A DNA stretch of 63,546 nt, counting the filler, from Lenisia limosa (lineage: Eukaryota > Protista > Breviatea): the NCBI GenBank assembly GCA_001655205.1. It is 12 parts of 12 records of this genome, joined end to end, with 100 filler letters (N's around TTAATTAATTAA, not from the genome) between each part and the next. Parts side by side here need not be neighbours in the genome. Positions count along the whole stretch, not along the records: positions 25,259 to 35,257 come from LPNZ01002809.1; positions 35,358 to 36,454 come from LPNZ01003754.1; positions 36,555 to 38,072 come from LPNZ01003354.1; positions 38,173 to 43,057 come from LPNZ01011677.1; 8 more parts are not named here. One strand, given 5' to 3'. Positions 25,159 to 39,764 of this stretch are shown piece by piece. How positions within the stretch are numbered: the first letter of the stretch is position 1; every line of letters starts with the position of its first letter. The position numbers and the translations under genes were made by a program. The notes beneath the pieces are model-generated. The model was not told the origin of the DNA, did not search any database, and saw only the letters and a list, made by a program, of their open reading frames with translations.

Positions 25159-28100
25159 NNNNNNNNNNNNNNNNNNNNNNNNNNNNNNNNNNNNNNNNNN
25201 NNTTAATTAATTAANNNNNNNNNNNNNNNNNNNNNNNNNNNNNNNNNNNNNNNNNNNNTCAAATAAATCTCTTTTATACTATCTGGAACATCCTTCCATT
25301 CCTTGAACTTGCCACACGGTTGATCCAAGAGAGCCGTAGCTGGCATAAGGTTCACTAAGAAGTTAAGCAGCATAACTCACCAGAAACGGTTTCAGCGAGC
25401 AATTTTGCGTTTCTAAAGGTGGTACTATAATTTTGCTTAAGTTGCATCTATGATGGTAAATCAGCGTAAGCCTTTGAAAAGGGGTTGTCAAAAAAAAGCC
25501 ACAAAGTTTAATAGGTGACCAAAGTACAGTTCATTTTCAAAAAGTTACGAAATTAGGTTTTTTAAAAATTAGTTTTCCCTCAACTTTTTTTTTTTTTCAA
25601 AAACAAACAGAAATACCGAAAAAACCAGAATTTTGAACGGACGTGTATGGTTTTTTTATCGGTTGCTTGTGTAGGGATATCACTTGATTATAAATCCAAT
25701 CGTCAGTTTCTCAAAATTTTTGATCATCATTTGCCTCTTACCATTTCATTTGTTTCATTTCTTTTTTTTTTTATGAACACCATCAAGATTGAGAATTCTC
25801 TCAAAATAAGCTTGTATTTCAGATTTAATTGAAGTTTTAGCAAACGTTTTCTTATTATTACTTTCTTCACTCTCAGGTAATTCCTTTTAGATACAGCAGG
25901 CGATATGGCGATATGTTTACTCTTCGGATGTCATCTCTGTCCTTAACCTATGTAAGAAAAATCATGGGAGCTGTAAATGTGGACACTGTATTAGCGTATG
26001 TCATCAAGGTGGTTCAGTCCTTTTGTTTTTGATTTTGCCAAAAAAAATGACATGTAATTCTTAATTCCGCAGTGTAGTTTTCCATATGAAATAACAAAAA
26101 CAATTAAAATGCCCATTTTCCCGACTTAAGTGGGGTTTCCAAATTTGGAGGTTTTTGAGTTTCGATTTTTTCCAACTTTTTGGGGTTTAAACATAATACT
26201 ACCTCATAAAGCCGCGGTTAGTGGCCATTTTTACAAATTTGGACTGTTTTTGGATTGTGTAATATATTTGAACTGAATAATTTATTTTTCAACTCTACAT
26301 CTTCTGCCTCCTCCCCATCTAATATGATATGATACTTACTGAAATGATTCTGACTTATCTAGTTATTGTTGTCAAAAAGTGCACTTTCGAGGCAGTTCAA
26401 GTGCTCAAGTCATCAATCAAAGTTGGCTTGATTTAATGGAACATTTCATTTTTTTTTTTTCTTTTCAATCTTGTTTCTTCACATTCCCTTAGAGCCCGGA
26501 CTCGTCTACTCTGAAGCTAGTTAAGCAAATTGACCAAGTTCTTTTGGAACTCAACACACCCTTGTCAGAGTTGAGCGCTGATCCCAGTAATGTCCGCTCT
26601 ATTAATCATAAGACTCTAGATGTCTTCTATGTTTTTGAAGGGGATCTGTTGAATACTCAAGCAGAGCATTTGTGATAAAACAACTCATTTTTATTAGAGA
26701 TCAATTATTGTGTAATACATGTAGACCAACCAGAGAGTTGCTTTTGAACTACACCAGCTCTCTATTCTCTACAAGCACCTTTCAAAGAAACAACGAACAA
26801 CACCTGAAGTATGTGAAGATGCTTGACTGCATGAAGATGAATGATTCTCCAGATTTTTATATCATAATTCAAATTTATATTTTTCATCTTCTCAAACACA
26901 CCAATAACATTTTTCATAAAGCCGTTATACGCATCGCATATGAGATCATAATATAGTTAATGATATTTTTGGACATACATACATGCATGTATACAACATA
27001 TCGTATCATTGGTATTTTTGCCAGTTATCTTCTAGGTGACCAATTGCGTGAATCTCATATCTTTTCTTTACAAGTCAAGACTCAGTATGCAACTCTAAGA
27101 ATGAATAATATTTTTTAAAATACTAAATAGACTTGGTTGTTTCGAAGATTTCTTCGTAATGTTCCTTTGAAATACTGATCACAATCCTCATTATACCAAC
27201 ACGATCAATGAGTTGGTTGCGTAAAAAGAGACAGCAGTCTTATTTTTGAAATTTCCAATTCAGCTTTCGTTTGATAATGAAAAATAGAAAGCCAATTTCT
27301 ACTACATATTTTCAGGCCTTTTGTGATACGCCATAATATTTTGATGGATTTAGTGAATTTGAGGCTGAGAAGTCAAACACCAATATCCGTGGAGGAGGCC
27401 ACTCGGATCTTCAATGGCATTTTGGAGGACAAGCGTAACTCAAGCCATTTCCAAAACAAAAAAGCCCACACGTACGTTTTGAATTTAGAAAATAGCGATC
27501 TTGTCTTTTACTCTTTTTTGTAGTGATGTTTGCAATGCAAATATTACACATACTACTACAATATAGTAGATAAACAGAGTGCACTATTATCGTGGCATTT
27601 TGCATGTGGGGAATTCTGTGGCATCCTGGGTGGTTACTCGGCATGAGTTGAATATGAATATCATTTGAAACGGGTATTCGCGAATAAATTCTCATTCTCT
27701 ATCGCCTTTGTATACAAAAAAAATCTGCCAGTGCTTGACTATGTAGTTGGCTGCAGTGGTGCTTTATGAAGGGATCGATTGTACTCAACGCTTCGCTTTC
27801 TTTGGAGGTATGATAGCAATTTGAACTTATTTTCATTCATAGAAGATGTGTTATTGTTGAATGAGAATTATTTTCTGAGGTTTTTTACACGATCATCTTC
27901 TTCTTAGTGTTTTGAAATGAAAAAATAATATAGTTTTTTTAAAAATAATAATACAGCTCATTTAGTGGCATATATACGAATGCATTAACGTCGGATCATT
28001 TTGAACCCTGGAAAAATTCCCTTATTGATGGTACAGGAAATACCGTTTGCCATTGAAGCTCTAACGGAATTGAATTTACAGCTGAAATTTGAGACGGTAT

Positions 28101-31100
28101 CAATGAGCAATGTTGGGGGTTTTCTGGAAAATACGGTATATTATTATCAAGGGCTTTCTGTATATTTCTATACCTTTCTTTTTTCACTTTCCTTTTGCAT
28201 ATTCATTATTTTGCTAAATACCACTTTTTTGTGGTAATTGTGTCGCGTCGTTGTGTTGTCAAGAGTATTTCATCTTTTATGTTAGTTGTATACAATCCAA
28301 ATCAGAAGCATCCTTGATCACAACTCAAAAAGTTGATGATAATAATACCAACTTTGATGCTATTTGATCTACCTTTGATTCCAAACATCGATTTATTATA
28401 ATGAAACAATCGTTAAGACCGAAGCAACACTAACGCCATTATGATCCTAAGTCTCCAACGGAGGTGACTTTCGAATTCCTGGGGCTTCGAGACGCATTCT
28501 CTTCTGGGCAGATGGGGGCCCATTGGCAGTTTCCCGAAGCATCCAATCTCTGCATGGAATGGAATGACAATTCTCGACACAAACTTAGTCAAAATAGTTA
28601 TCAAACGAACCGACGGCTTCACAATCTACCAAAAAATGTACATAATTCAAACAGACCAATCACGTCAATATTCTCATCATCGTGAGGATTGAAGTTGATA
28701 TCGTTAGGTACATTTTCAGAGTGACACTGAGTGTCCAGCCGACCTTGGGGGCAGTTCAATAATATCATTAAAGTCAAGAGAGCAACTAGTACTTTAAGGC
28801 GTGGCACTGAGAACAATGGGGTCAGAAGTACCGATGAAATGCAGCAATGGTGCCGTAAATGGCGCTAGCCTAAATCGTCATCCGGTTCAATGTACGAGAA
28901 GAATGCAGGAAATACAAACATGTCCAACCTCTTGAATATCAAGAAACGGGATGACACCATAAAATTGTCACTCTGGACTAACCATTGATGCTTTCAAATT
29001 GTGTTCATAGTGATGTAAAAGTGCCTGCTCGACATCTTGCTTGGGAATTTTTATTTTATAGTCGTCAATAGACTTCATCACGATTTGAATCTCTGATCAT
29101 TGCTAAACTATTATAAACCAGATACGTACCTGTGGTATCAGTATGAGGTGACTTGTTCAATGAGAGATTTTGTATATTATATGTATATAGCTATATATAA
29201 TACATAAAAATAAAAGACCGCCCCCACATACTTGGGAGGATGAAATAGGAAAAATATTACGAAAGGACTCAGAGGGTACAAATTATTGCGCTGACTGGTT
29301 TCGAACCCCGATAAATTGGAGAAGCTAAACAATGACAACAGGATACAATCAGATACAGATGAGAATGACTCAAAGGTTTGGACTTCTGAGACACTCTGTC
29401 GGGGAACTGAAAGTTGTACAAGTGTGAAATTGTTTTACTGTAAAAGGTTATGTGAGACCTACTTTTCGTCCTGTCTTGTTACAACAATTCGGTGTCTTAA
29501 AATAGAACTTGATTAGCAATCAATCTCAACAGCAAAATTGGTGTATTTTTTGCCCTGGGGAGATAAAAATATTTTAAAAGAATAACACGGACTATAATCA
29601 AATATTAAACACTAACCAGGCTTGAGCCCTTCTTTTCAGAGAATGCCAGGAATTCTATTCTGAGAGTTGATTTCGAGTAGATACACTCTTTTAACACAAT
29701 CAATGTCAAATTTGTACGAGGATACCAGCGGAGAAGCACTGTCGAAAAAGTTCATCCTCCAAAACGAAGATTCTGCTCCCCTTCTCTAATTTTCCTTGTT
29801 CTATTATCAATAAAAAAGGCAACAAACGTATATTGAGCCAGTTTTTGTTTCAATTTCGAGTTTCTTCCACAAATCACCTTCTTCAACCTAATGGCAACAT
29901 CTCACTACTGGGTACATTAACACGAGTTTCTAATTTCAGGGACTGTTTTGCAGAGGGGGGAAAAAAGCATTATTTTCCAGTCATTTATCGACATTTAGCA
30001 ACGAATTTTTATAATCGACCAGGGGCTCCGCAAGCGTCGCTCGGAGCACCCTGACAGGGTGACCCTGTACCCTCCAGAGCAATGATATATTCTGTAATCA
30101 GGGGGGTGGGGCAAGGGACGTTAAGAGACAATCTGACGAAGGTGGATATACTTAACTAGGAAGACGATTTTAGGCCGGAAAGTTTTATTAAGTAACAAAA
30201 ATACGATTCTTCGTAGACGTGATACTCGTCAATCACTCTCAAAGCAATATTCTCATGAGGGTGGTATCAAAAGATACATGTCCTCCAGCAAGCATAAACG
30301 CATTCAGAAGTGTTGGCATGCATTTCATAGCAGCAACCTTGAAAGCAAATTAAAAATAACAAGAAACAATCGTATGGGAGCCCATCAAGCTTCTTGAAAA
30401 ATGAACTCGGGGGTTGTTATAACTCGCCCTTAGTGGGTTTCACATTGACTTCATTTACATGGGCATCTTCCAAATCAATAGCAGTTTGTAGGTTTGCTCA
30501 GCAGTCTTATATTCACTGATTTGAGAAAAATGAAAGCTACACACGCACGCCATATATTCCCGGCGTCACACAGCTATGTTTTTTTTTTAAACCTAATCAC
30601 GTATGTGTGACCCGAGTCTCAATGCTCATCATTTTTATTGTCATTACGTTGCTTCCCTTTATTCTATTTATCTTTTTTTTTTCTCATTTATTATTATAGC
30701 ACATTCATCATCCTTTTCTCTCCATATTTATATCAGTGTTCTCTTTATTCTCTCTGTTTATCATCAAACTCTTTTCTCTCCATATTCATCGGTTTAGTCT
30801 CTCTGCTCTTCACCCGAAGACGTCAAGCCCAGTTTCGATTCGCTTTCTACTGAACTTCAGTAATTTCCCCTTCCCTTATATACCTGCTTCCTTATCATTA
30901 ATCAATCAGCCCTATTACCTTTACAGGCTATTTGTGCATCTTTCTCAGTCACCTAAAATTTTTTAAAAAAAGCTGTTTAACTGTTACCTTCCTCTTTGTT
31001 GTTCTTTAAAAATGTTTTGTCACTATCATAGGGATCTCTACAGTTTATCCATTCTTCTTGAAACCAACTTCAAAACTGATCTCCATCCGGAACCTGCCCC

Positions 31101-32961
31101 TGTTACTGTAGGATAGATGATTCAGAAAATAAGTGAATTTCTTGATACATTGTTGATACATTTCGATAGTTTACCGATATTTTTTTTACCAGAGTGAAGT
31201 CCTAAGGACAGGCCTGGTACACTTCGGGTGGATATCTAGTTGGATTTTTACTTTATTTGTTAATGAAATTCTTGTGAGCATGTTTTTACAAAATGGACCA
31301 CTCAATGATTCATTATTTTTCTTGAGAGCTTTCACTTATGAAATATCAATTGCATCTAGACTATATCGAAAATTCGGGTTATTTATAAACACGAAAGTGG
31401 AGTTCTGATATCCTTAGACCGACGAAGCCAGTTTCGACTTCCTTTCCCCGGCATTTGGTTCAGCAATTTTTAGCCTTGATCCTGTCAATGAATCACAATG
31501 TGTGTCTATTGATTGTTACTGTACCATCTCTTTTTGCGAAAGATTCGCTGTTCTGTCTGATATTGCCTTTCTTCTTTTTGGATAGCTTTTTGTTGGTTGT
31601 TTTGCTCACTCTTTTACCTTATCTTCCCTTCTTTTCAATGTTATTTGAACCTACCCTTCTCATCTTACTGAATATCTAGCGTCATATGTTCCAAGTGACG
31701 ACTCCTACACCTCCACAAACGACACCCCCTTGAACGTCCAGGTTAATTTCGGGTCTAAATCAAGGGATATTGGGACCTACTTAGCAAACTGATTTAATAA
31801 TCGACTATAAGCTCTATCATGTCCGAATGACATACCAGGTTTTGTTTTTTTTTTTGTTCAAAACACAATGACAGTAATTTCACAGCATTTTGATTTTATG
31901 TACATACTGTATCGCCTAACTGTAATTGTTTAACCTCTCTAGACTTTTATTGAATCCCATACTGGCGAAGACTTCTTGACATGCCTCATTTCACTCGAAA
32001 ACAACGATGACGTTGCAAGCTGGATGATAAACGTTGGCAGATAATCCACTTAAGATGCCCGCCTTTGCGTTTTCACCACTTTTTATCGTACATAGTATTC
32101 TCCCTACTCTTGACTTGATATTTATTTATGGATGTGTGCGCGCGTGTGTGTCTGTAATATACATGTAGTATATATATAATGGGTCTATGTTGTGTATGTT
32201 TATGCATGATTGATGCTGACTGCCCCCTCCTCCACAGGCCTCTCCAGAATCCTTGAAATTGGCTCTCACGCCCAATCTTCCATCGTACAACGCTGTTCCT
32301 AACACCCTCGAACCTGTTAATTCGACCCTGTGCTTTGCAGTGTTCTGCTACCTGCTTTCGAATTCGGAGGAACCTTCCCGTTTGGCTGAGAGTCTCAACA
32401 AGCACACCTCTGATCACCTGTGGGTTTGAGAGTCTAAGTGATCGTGATAAGTCCCCACACGATTGACTCGTGTTTTATTTCTTCTCTGTTCATTTGAGTG
32501 TGATGGTGTGGNNNNNNNNNNNNNNNNNNNNNNNATATCATGATATGTATCAGATGATCTTTTATATTAATATTTTCCCATTGTAAAAGATAGTCTGTAC
32601 GACTCTACTTGTTATATGCCTCTTTTCTTCGAGTCAGGTTGCCTACTAATCTCCTCATCTCAGACTACCCCACCTTGCTATCGCGATTATCTTCTGCGAA
32701 ATATCTAAAGAGCACTCAAATCAAAGCACCGCATATCTTCGATGTTCAATGGTTTGCCAGGATTAAGACTTCCCACTTCTAAATATAGCTCCCCTTTTAG
32801 CTTGGAATGGTGACTAATATATCATATGTTATGAAAACATTTGGGAAGAATAGGAAGATCAATACAGATGCGAGGCCTCTATTTTTGATAAAATAGGTAA
32901 TCCTGCATACATTTGAAGACAAATACAATTCAATCATGATAATGACTTCCAAAAACAAATA

Positions 32962-33042
32962 TTGGGATTCACTTAATTTCTCGATAAATCCTCGAAAACT
33001 GTTGATACTTTTTGGTCTTTTTCGAACCGAAGTGAAGCCTAA
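32962..33042 (+). mobile_element. MITE A1 with internal deletion
   Basis: Core TTTCTCGATAAATCCTCGAAAACT and right end TTCGAACCGAAGTGAAGCCT. Confidence 0.85.
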
Positions 33043-34200
33043 TTACTCTACTCCATCCCTTAGAACATTTGGAACCACACTTAATTTGTCAATAGACTTA
33101 AAACCGATAATCCCCGATAATACAACTTTACGCTAACATGGAGAAGCCTCTCAAACCAAGTTGCTGTTCCACTAACCCATCAAGGGACGTGTCCCAGAAG
33201 AATTGGTTCCTTTTGCTCTTATCAACTCCTCCCTTCCAACCAAAGACGACCAAGAGTTAGCTGAACAATGCATGCCCATCATCTTAGTTGACATTTGTAT
33301 CTCTGTTCAACATAACCCCCCAGCAAAAACCTTCTGTCTCCATCTAAGCGCTCAAAAAGGTCCCCAGAAGTCACCTCGACTTCAGCCAAATACACGGGGT
33401 TGTTGCAGAATAGTGAGAGGGTTTCTATTGCATGTGTTCTCATCTCATCTGCATGAATAACGTTTTTCTGTTTGTTGATTGCATAATTACAATTCTGGGA
33501 AACAAATATATACACGGGATACCATAAATATATTTTCTCTAGCCATCTTTGACTCTTCACCAAAAATTCTTTCAATTTCTTTATTTTTAATCAAGGACAA
33601 AGCCTGGCTGTTCTTGAAGGAATTTCCCTCTTCAAATGCTCAAAGGTGAGTTGCTTTCTGGGGGCTCTTCCTGATATACAAATAATGAATATCAGATTCA
33701 TAATGTTGAGTTTGAAAACAACGTCATGATTGATTCATAAATTACGGGATAACTCTGAATTAGGTAGTTGAAAAAAACAACCTTATTCATTTTCCTGATT
33801 TATTTTTAGCAAATCAAGCAGCGCCACCCTGACCTTTGCCAGTACTTATGTTAATTGTCTAATTGTTCATTATTAGGTTCCAATCCGTACGTATTTTTTT
33901 TTTTTTTGCTGTAAAGGAATATTGATTCAAGTTATCTCAAATTTCAAGAATCCAATTATTTCCCCTTTTCATCTCAAGGGGTGAAATTCTTAAGAAGCTG
34001 TTACTCTTGCATGTATCGGGGTTCTAAACACCTGCTTCAGGGATTAAGGTCATAGAAGAGTCATTGAAATGGATTTTTACGAAAAAAAAGTTGCCACTTT
34101 TGCTAAGTTGAACACAGGGGCCAACAACCAAACATATTTTGTTTCAACGTCTATTTCCATTGTACAATTAAATAACTCAACAAGACATAACAGCACAGAA

Positions 34201-35257
34201 CTACTGCTGCTTCAAAGATAACGGTCGCGAGTAGTGGATGCCATCATGCAAAATCTTGCCCTCCTCAACCATTGACGTGAGCGTAACACTCAGGGCTGAG
34301 ACCGGTTTGATGAAAGGCGGGTCGGTAATGATGACTTTCCTAAATTGTCATCAAGAAATGAGTTGAGTCAAAATCACAAATTCGAAAGGATTAGGTTGAG
34401 AAAACAACTTCGCTCACACAAAGTGAAGAAAAAAGAAACTGAAATTCAAATGTGCATCCTTTGTGTTAAGTGCGAAAGAATAAAAGAAAACAAAGCTCAC
34501 AAGAGGGTGTGTAGTCGTTCGATTGTCATCTTTCCGGAGTTTCTCAAAAGCCCAATGATAAAAGGCTCAATATCTTCCTCTTCCTCCTCTTCATACAAAG
34601 CTTCCTCATCCTAAAGGTGTTATTATTAGCGTTTCCCTACGGTCCCCAAAAAGAGTTGTACCTGGTACACGCCGTTAACATCATCGCTTATAAGAGATAT
34701 TGGATTATAGTATAAATAAGTCACCCAATTATTTGCATTACAACTCTGTACACACAGCTTCTGCATGCCATTAGGTATCCAAAGACCAACTTACGTCAAC
34801 AATTTCAGAGGTGATATCTTGGGGGAACTAAAACGTAAAATGGAATAATTCAGAGAAAAAAACAACACAAAACTAGCACTATCAGTTGTTCTACATATTA
34901 GTATATTACATCATATAGTAGGATATAAGTATATAATGTATATAACATTTCTTTCAGTCATAGAATGGTAAGTAATCCAATATATAATCTGATATGAACA
35001 TATAATTATCACATAATCGTTCATAGGGCAATGGAGTAGAATGGATCATAAAATAAAGCCGCAATTCGACTCCGTTTTAACTGAGATACGAATTGGGTAT
35101 TTTGAAGTGGGATTTACTATTATAACCGGGACTCCATTTGAGCCTCTTTTATTTCAATACACGGAGAACAGATGATAAGCCAACCGGAGCAGGTTTGAAG
35201 ACTGTTGGGTTCTGCGACATTTGCAGTACTCCGAGAGACACCCAGTAGACCAGACGC
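34201..35257 (-). CDS. APC2: 3' exons of anaphase-promoting complex subunit 2 (C-terminal winged-helix); 5' part lost at the assembly spacer
   Basis: RLVYWVSLGVLQ..., then DEEALYEEEEEEDIEPFIIGLLRNSGKMTIERLHTLL spliced in frame to KVIITDPPFIKPVSALSVTLTSMVEEGKILHDGIHYSRP..stop at 34201; resembles the APC2 C-terminus as I recall it. Confidence 0.7.
34668..34765 (+). repeat. Dispersed repeat family D
   Basis: CATCATCGCTTATAAGAGATATTGGATTATAG...CACCCAATT...AACTCTGTACACACAGCTT. Confidence 0.7.
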
Positions 35258-35585
35258 NNNNNNNNNNNNNNNNNNNNNNNNNNNNNNNNNNNNNNNNNNN
35301 NTTAATTAATTAANNNNNNNNNNNNNNNNNNNNNNNNNNNNNNNNNNNNNNNNNNNNCCCGCCATCCACTCCCGCCATCCACTCCCGCCATCCACATCAT
35401 AATCTTCACGATATCTGTGGCTATTCCTGCTTCGGTCAGATACTACCTGTTTTGTATTCTATATTACTCTCTTTTCCCCTCCATCTTTTTCTTTCTGAGG
35501 AGTGTCTAATTCCATTTTGGTGTAATTGAGACCATGTGGGCAGGATGAGGACTTCGGCCACATACTCCAAAGTTAACTTTGTCAG

Positions 35586-36446
35586 GGTGGAGCTACCTGA
35601 TCAGATTGGAAGGGAGGAAATATTCCAGGTTTGTTTTTGGTCAATAGAAGTTCTCATTTTTGCTGTTTTTTTTTTTCATCCGTTCTTGTTTTGTTGTGGT
35701 CATGAGTGACGGCTTTGGCCAAAATACAACCCATTTTTGCCATCTCTACCAACATATTACTCACAGTCATTTTAAAATTTGACATCGTATGGATTTTGTT
35801 TACCATTCTTACTTATATGCCTCCCCTCACCCTGAATGCGGTGCTGCAGAAGCAACTGGCCNNNNNNNNNNNNNNNNNNNNNNNNNNNNNNNNNNNNNNN
35901 NNNNNNNNNNNNNNNNNNNNNNCTCGTGTGTTGTCAGCCAACAGAGTTGATTCTGGGCTTTTTTTTTCTCATAAATTGTCCAATTTTCTCCCTCACTCTG
36001 AAGGTTCACCTCCCAAAAGTGGTACTCACAGACGACATGGCCGCCGTCTCCCACCGCCTTGCCTGTCTAACGCCTGGCTTCAGCGGAGCGGACATCCGAA
36101 ACCTTGTTAACGAAGCTGCAATTATTGCGGGGCGGCGGAATGCGGAATCGGTTGATATTGACGACTTTGAGGTTGGAAGGGGGGTGAGTGAATAATTATT
36201 AGTTTATGACTCTCTTGTTTCTTAGACAATATTATTATCATGAAATATAGCAATATCCTCAAATATCCATTTTGTGAATGTTCATATGCAATCTCAGGAC
36301 TTGTGATATGCAAACTCAAGGACCTGTGAATGTTGATATGCAAACCCAGGACTTGTGAATAACTCAAGGACTCACTGACGGTTCAGACGGCCATCGAGAG
36401 AGTTCAGCTTGGCGTGGCTCAAGACTCTCAAGTTCTTTCACCTGCT
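35586..36446 (+). CDS. Internal exons of an FtsH/AFG3/paraplegin-family AAA metalloprotease
   Basis: VELPDQIGREEIFQ | VHLPKVVLTDDMAAVSHRLACLTPGFSGADIRNLVNEAAIIAGRRNAESVDIDDFE | TAIERVQLG; GFSGADIxNLVNEAA is diagnostic of the FtsH AAA lid. Confidence 0.9.
35834..35987 (+). repeat. Repeat B spanning a gap, flanked by a TSD-like acceptor duplication
   Basis: 5' GAATGCGGTGCTGCAGAAGC, 3' consensus end; CTCCCCTCACCCTGAA at 35821-35836 vs CTCCCTCACTCTGAA at 35988-36002; FtsH acceptor AG at 36002-36003. Confidence 0.9.
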
Positions 36447-36699
36447 GTATGGGGNNNNNNNNNNNNNNNNNNNNNNNNNNNNNNNNNNNNNNNNNNNNTT
36501 AATTAATTAANNNNNNNNNNNNNNNNNNNNNNNNNNNNNNNNNNNNNNNNNNNNAAAAAAAAAAAAAAAACTTAGGAATTCCATGAAACAAAAACAGCAT
36601 ACTCTTCTTCTCGGTTCAAGTAGCCTGAATACTAACATTATTACAGTTCTCATCTAACCATTGGAAGAATGCACTGAACCCATTGGATTATATTGAGGG

Positions 36700-37974
36700 A
36701 GTAAAGCCTTGATAATGTACAATGCTGAGGGTTCATCATCAGCCCACCTTCATGATTTGCTCCTCACCCTCGCGAATTCTCTCCTTCTCAAGGTGCATTT
36801 CCAGCAACTTCTTATCGTTTTCTGTTTCCTTTTGTTGCTGCAGATGGTGAATTCAAGTTGGTGGATGGGTGACAGAAAAGTAATGCAAATTTGTTGCTGA
36901 TAAACATTGGTAAATGTACAGGAGTTTTAACTTTGTGGAACTAACAAAGACAAGATTCAGCAGAATAATGAGAAAAGGATCGCTATGGGTGTGAATGCTT
37001 GAAATAAAAGAAAGTAATGAATTTTATTTAAAGAGGAAAATATTACTTGCCAAACCTCTACCCTCCTCTGGGAAACAAGGATTTTATTGTAATGCTCCAT
37101 TTCCTCGCGAGCACGTAGCCTGCGACATGAAACATCTTACAAACATAATCGTTGCATCTCGTCTCTATGAACTAGAGAACAATTGAAAAAAAAAAACAAA
37201 AAAAAACACTATCCATTGAATCAGAAAAACAAGATAAACACAAACCACAAATATAGTCAAGCTTTAGTGCCATTTCAACGAGACTATTGGCAGCCAACCT
37301 GCCAGCTTTCTCGTACTCCTCAACCATCTTCTCCTCAGTCTGCATCTCGTCCCAGCGAGCTGTTATGTCCCGCAGCTCGGCTTCCTTGGCCTTCCGTTCT
37401 TCCTCTCGCATGATCCGGAGTTCATTCATCTAGGTTGTTGTTAGGGTGATGACTTTGTTGCAAGAAAAACTTCGATTTTGAGGAAATTTTGGTTGTTGTA
37501 CCCAGTCTGTTTTGGATTTTTCAATACACTTATTTATTACCCCCCCCCCCTNNNNNNNNNNNNNNNNNNNNNNNNNNNNNNNNNNNNNNNNNNNNNNNNN
37601 NNNNNNNNNNNNNNNNNNNGCGCTTCTTCTCCTTAAGTTCCCTCTCCAGCTTGCGCTCCATATCTTCAAGGGCCGCCTTGTCATAAGACTCTTTTTCTAG
37701 GCGAATTAGGGGAAGGTGAAATTCAGAAATATTAGCAAAGAGCTATAGTTAGTATATGATGTGTTTTAGACCGCCCTCAAAACATCACTAGTACTTATCT
37801 AAGGTCCCAAAAGATCGGTGAATATCAATATCTCTCAAGGATTTTCCCGGAAATCCAGTTTTTGAAAAGTTAGGAAGCCCTAATCATCACCATACCAGCT
37901 TTGGCCTGGGCAGCTCTCCTTTCTCGCTCTTCCAACTGGTCCTCTCTTTGGCTGTATACTTGTCGAGATAACGC
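36700..37974 (-). CDS. Charged coiled-coil protein, TPH/trichoplein (CFAP53/CFAP45-like) character, partial
   Basis: Exons ALSRQVYSQREDQLEERERRAAQAKA, AALEDMERKLERELKEKKR, MNELRIMREEERKAKEAELRDITARWDEMQ and QQKETENDKKLLEMHLEKERIREGEEQIMK; family assignment from composition only. Confidence 0.5.
37789..37882 (-). mobile_element. MITE A2, degenerate
   Basis: TSD AACATCAC / ATCATCAC (7 of 8); right end TAGGAAGCCCTA. Confidence 0.8.
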
Positions 37975-37979
37975 CTGAG

Positions 37980-38072
37980 GGAGGGGAGGGGGGTGAAACG
38001 AAGGAAATTTCGATGAAGAATATTGGGGTAAAGGTACAGATTACGAACAAAACACAAAAAAACAATCCCAAT
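37980..38072 (-). repeat. Repeat C
   Basis: Ends TTCCTTCGTTTCACCCCCCTCCCCTCCCTCAG on minus, directly into an exon of the coiled-coil gene. Confidence 0.9.
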
Positions 38073-39210
38073 NNNNNNNNNNNNNNNNNNNNNNNNNNNN
38101 NNNNNNNNNNNNNNNNTTAATTAATTAANNNNNNNNNNNNNNNNNNNNNNNNNNNNNNNNNNNNNNNNNNNNTACGGTCGCCAAATCAGCTATTCCCCTT
38201 CAAAAAGGTAATATATTTCTGAGATATACACAATTAATTTGTTTATGAAGGAAAACAAAAAAAAAATATAACCTTTCAAAATTTTTCTGATTTTTTTGCA
38301 AGATCAGCACTTTATCGTGGAAATTTAATTTTTTTTAGCGCCACGCTCGCGCAATTTTTTTTNNNNNNNNNNNNNNNNNNNNNNNNNNNNNNNNNNNNNN
38401 NNNNNNNNNNNNNNNNNNNNNNNNNNNNNNNNNNNNNNNNNNNNNNNNNNNNNNNNNNNNNNNNNNNNNNNNNNNNNNNNNNNNNNNNNNNNNNNNNNNN
38501 NNNNNNNNNNNNNNNNNNNNNNNNNNNNNNNNNNNNNNNNNNNNNNNNNNNNNNNNNNNGGTAAGGGCGACAGCATAATAAATATGACATAGTATACATA
38601 TCGATATCGATATATGATATTTAAAAATGAGAAATAGCATCAGAAAAAAAATAGCAAGGTACCAAAGAAATTCAATGGTTTCTCCAGATGTTACCAAACC
38701 TTAATAAAGCGCTTGCGGTCCATTTCACTCGTTTTGGTCTTGATCTACAGAGGTTAATTCTGCCAATAAAAATAATTTTTGCAGTAATGTCTCTATTGAA
38801 ACTAGAATCATAAACATTCGACAGGGACTGTACTTGATTATACTGCGACATCGAAAAGCCCTGACACGATTGACAAAAATAAACTCAATATATGACTTGT
38901 CATGGTCGACGTAGGTATACAAAGCCACTCATAAACTGCCACACTATTAAACCAGTCCCAACTAGGGTTTCGATGCGAAAAAAAGGCGAAAAAACCTCCA
39001 AGACTATTGATAGTTGTTTAAATGTCTGTTTCCTAGATTTCTCATGTATATTATTTCTCTTGTTTCAAAATAAAAACTGTTTCGGACCGAAGTGATTCCC
39101 AGGGTCCCAAGTTAGCGGATCCTACCCCAAAAACCAAGGATCCGGATCCAATTTCAAGGTGGATCAGGATCTGGGAATATAGGGGAGCAGGCTAAAATGG
39201 ACTAAAAATG

Positions 39211-39252
39211 GTTGCTCACCCACAAAAACCAAATTATTTGTGGGTGAGCAAC
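39211..39252. repeat. Perfect 16-bp inverted repeat with 10-nt loop
   Basis: GTTGCTCACCCACAAA / TTTGTGGGTGAGCAAC. Confidence 0.9.
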
Positions 39253-39764
39253 TACTGACGGAATATAGCCCTAGTTCCAACCCACTTCGCCAATACAGTC
39301 GCAAATGAAATCGATCCAATTCTTGGCTACAAAGTAAGAGTGCTGGGCTGTTCACTAAGGAATACATCATTGGAAGAGTTATGGGCTGAATTTTGTAAAT
39401 TGGATCCTTAAATAAGGTGTTGCAAACATATCTCAGAGTATAAAATTGTGGCTTATTGGTTTGGTATGGGAGTGGGTTCTACGAGGAATCCTCCATAAAT
39501 ACAGTGTTTGTTGTAAAGAAATGCATCCGGTAGTTCAAATCACTCCCACAGTTCGGTTCACAGTTCGGTTCACCCCCCACAGTTCAGTTCACCAGCCTGG
39601 AGCATAACGGAGCCGTAGTTGCGCTGGTGGGCCCAGGTTGCTGCCTCGATAATCTATAAACAAATTACCATGCCGCTTTAAAAGGCTAAAATCCCAAAGT
39701 ATTATTTGTTTCCTAGATGGTAAATGTTTGATATGATCAATATTTCTTGCTCAATAACAATCCC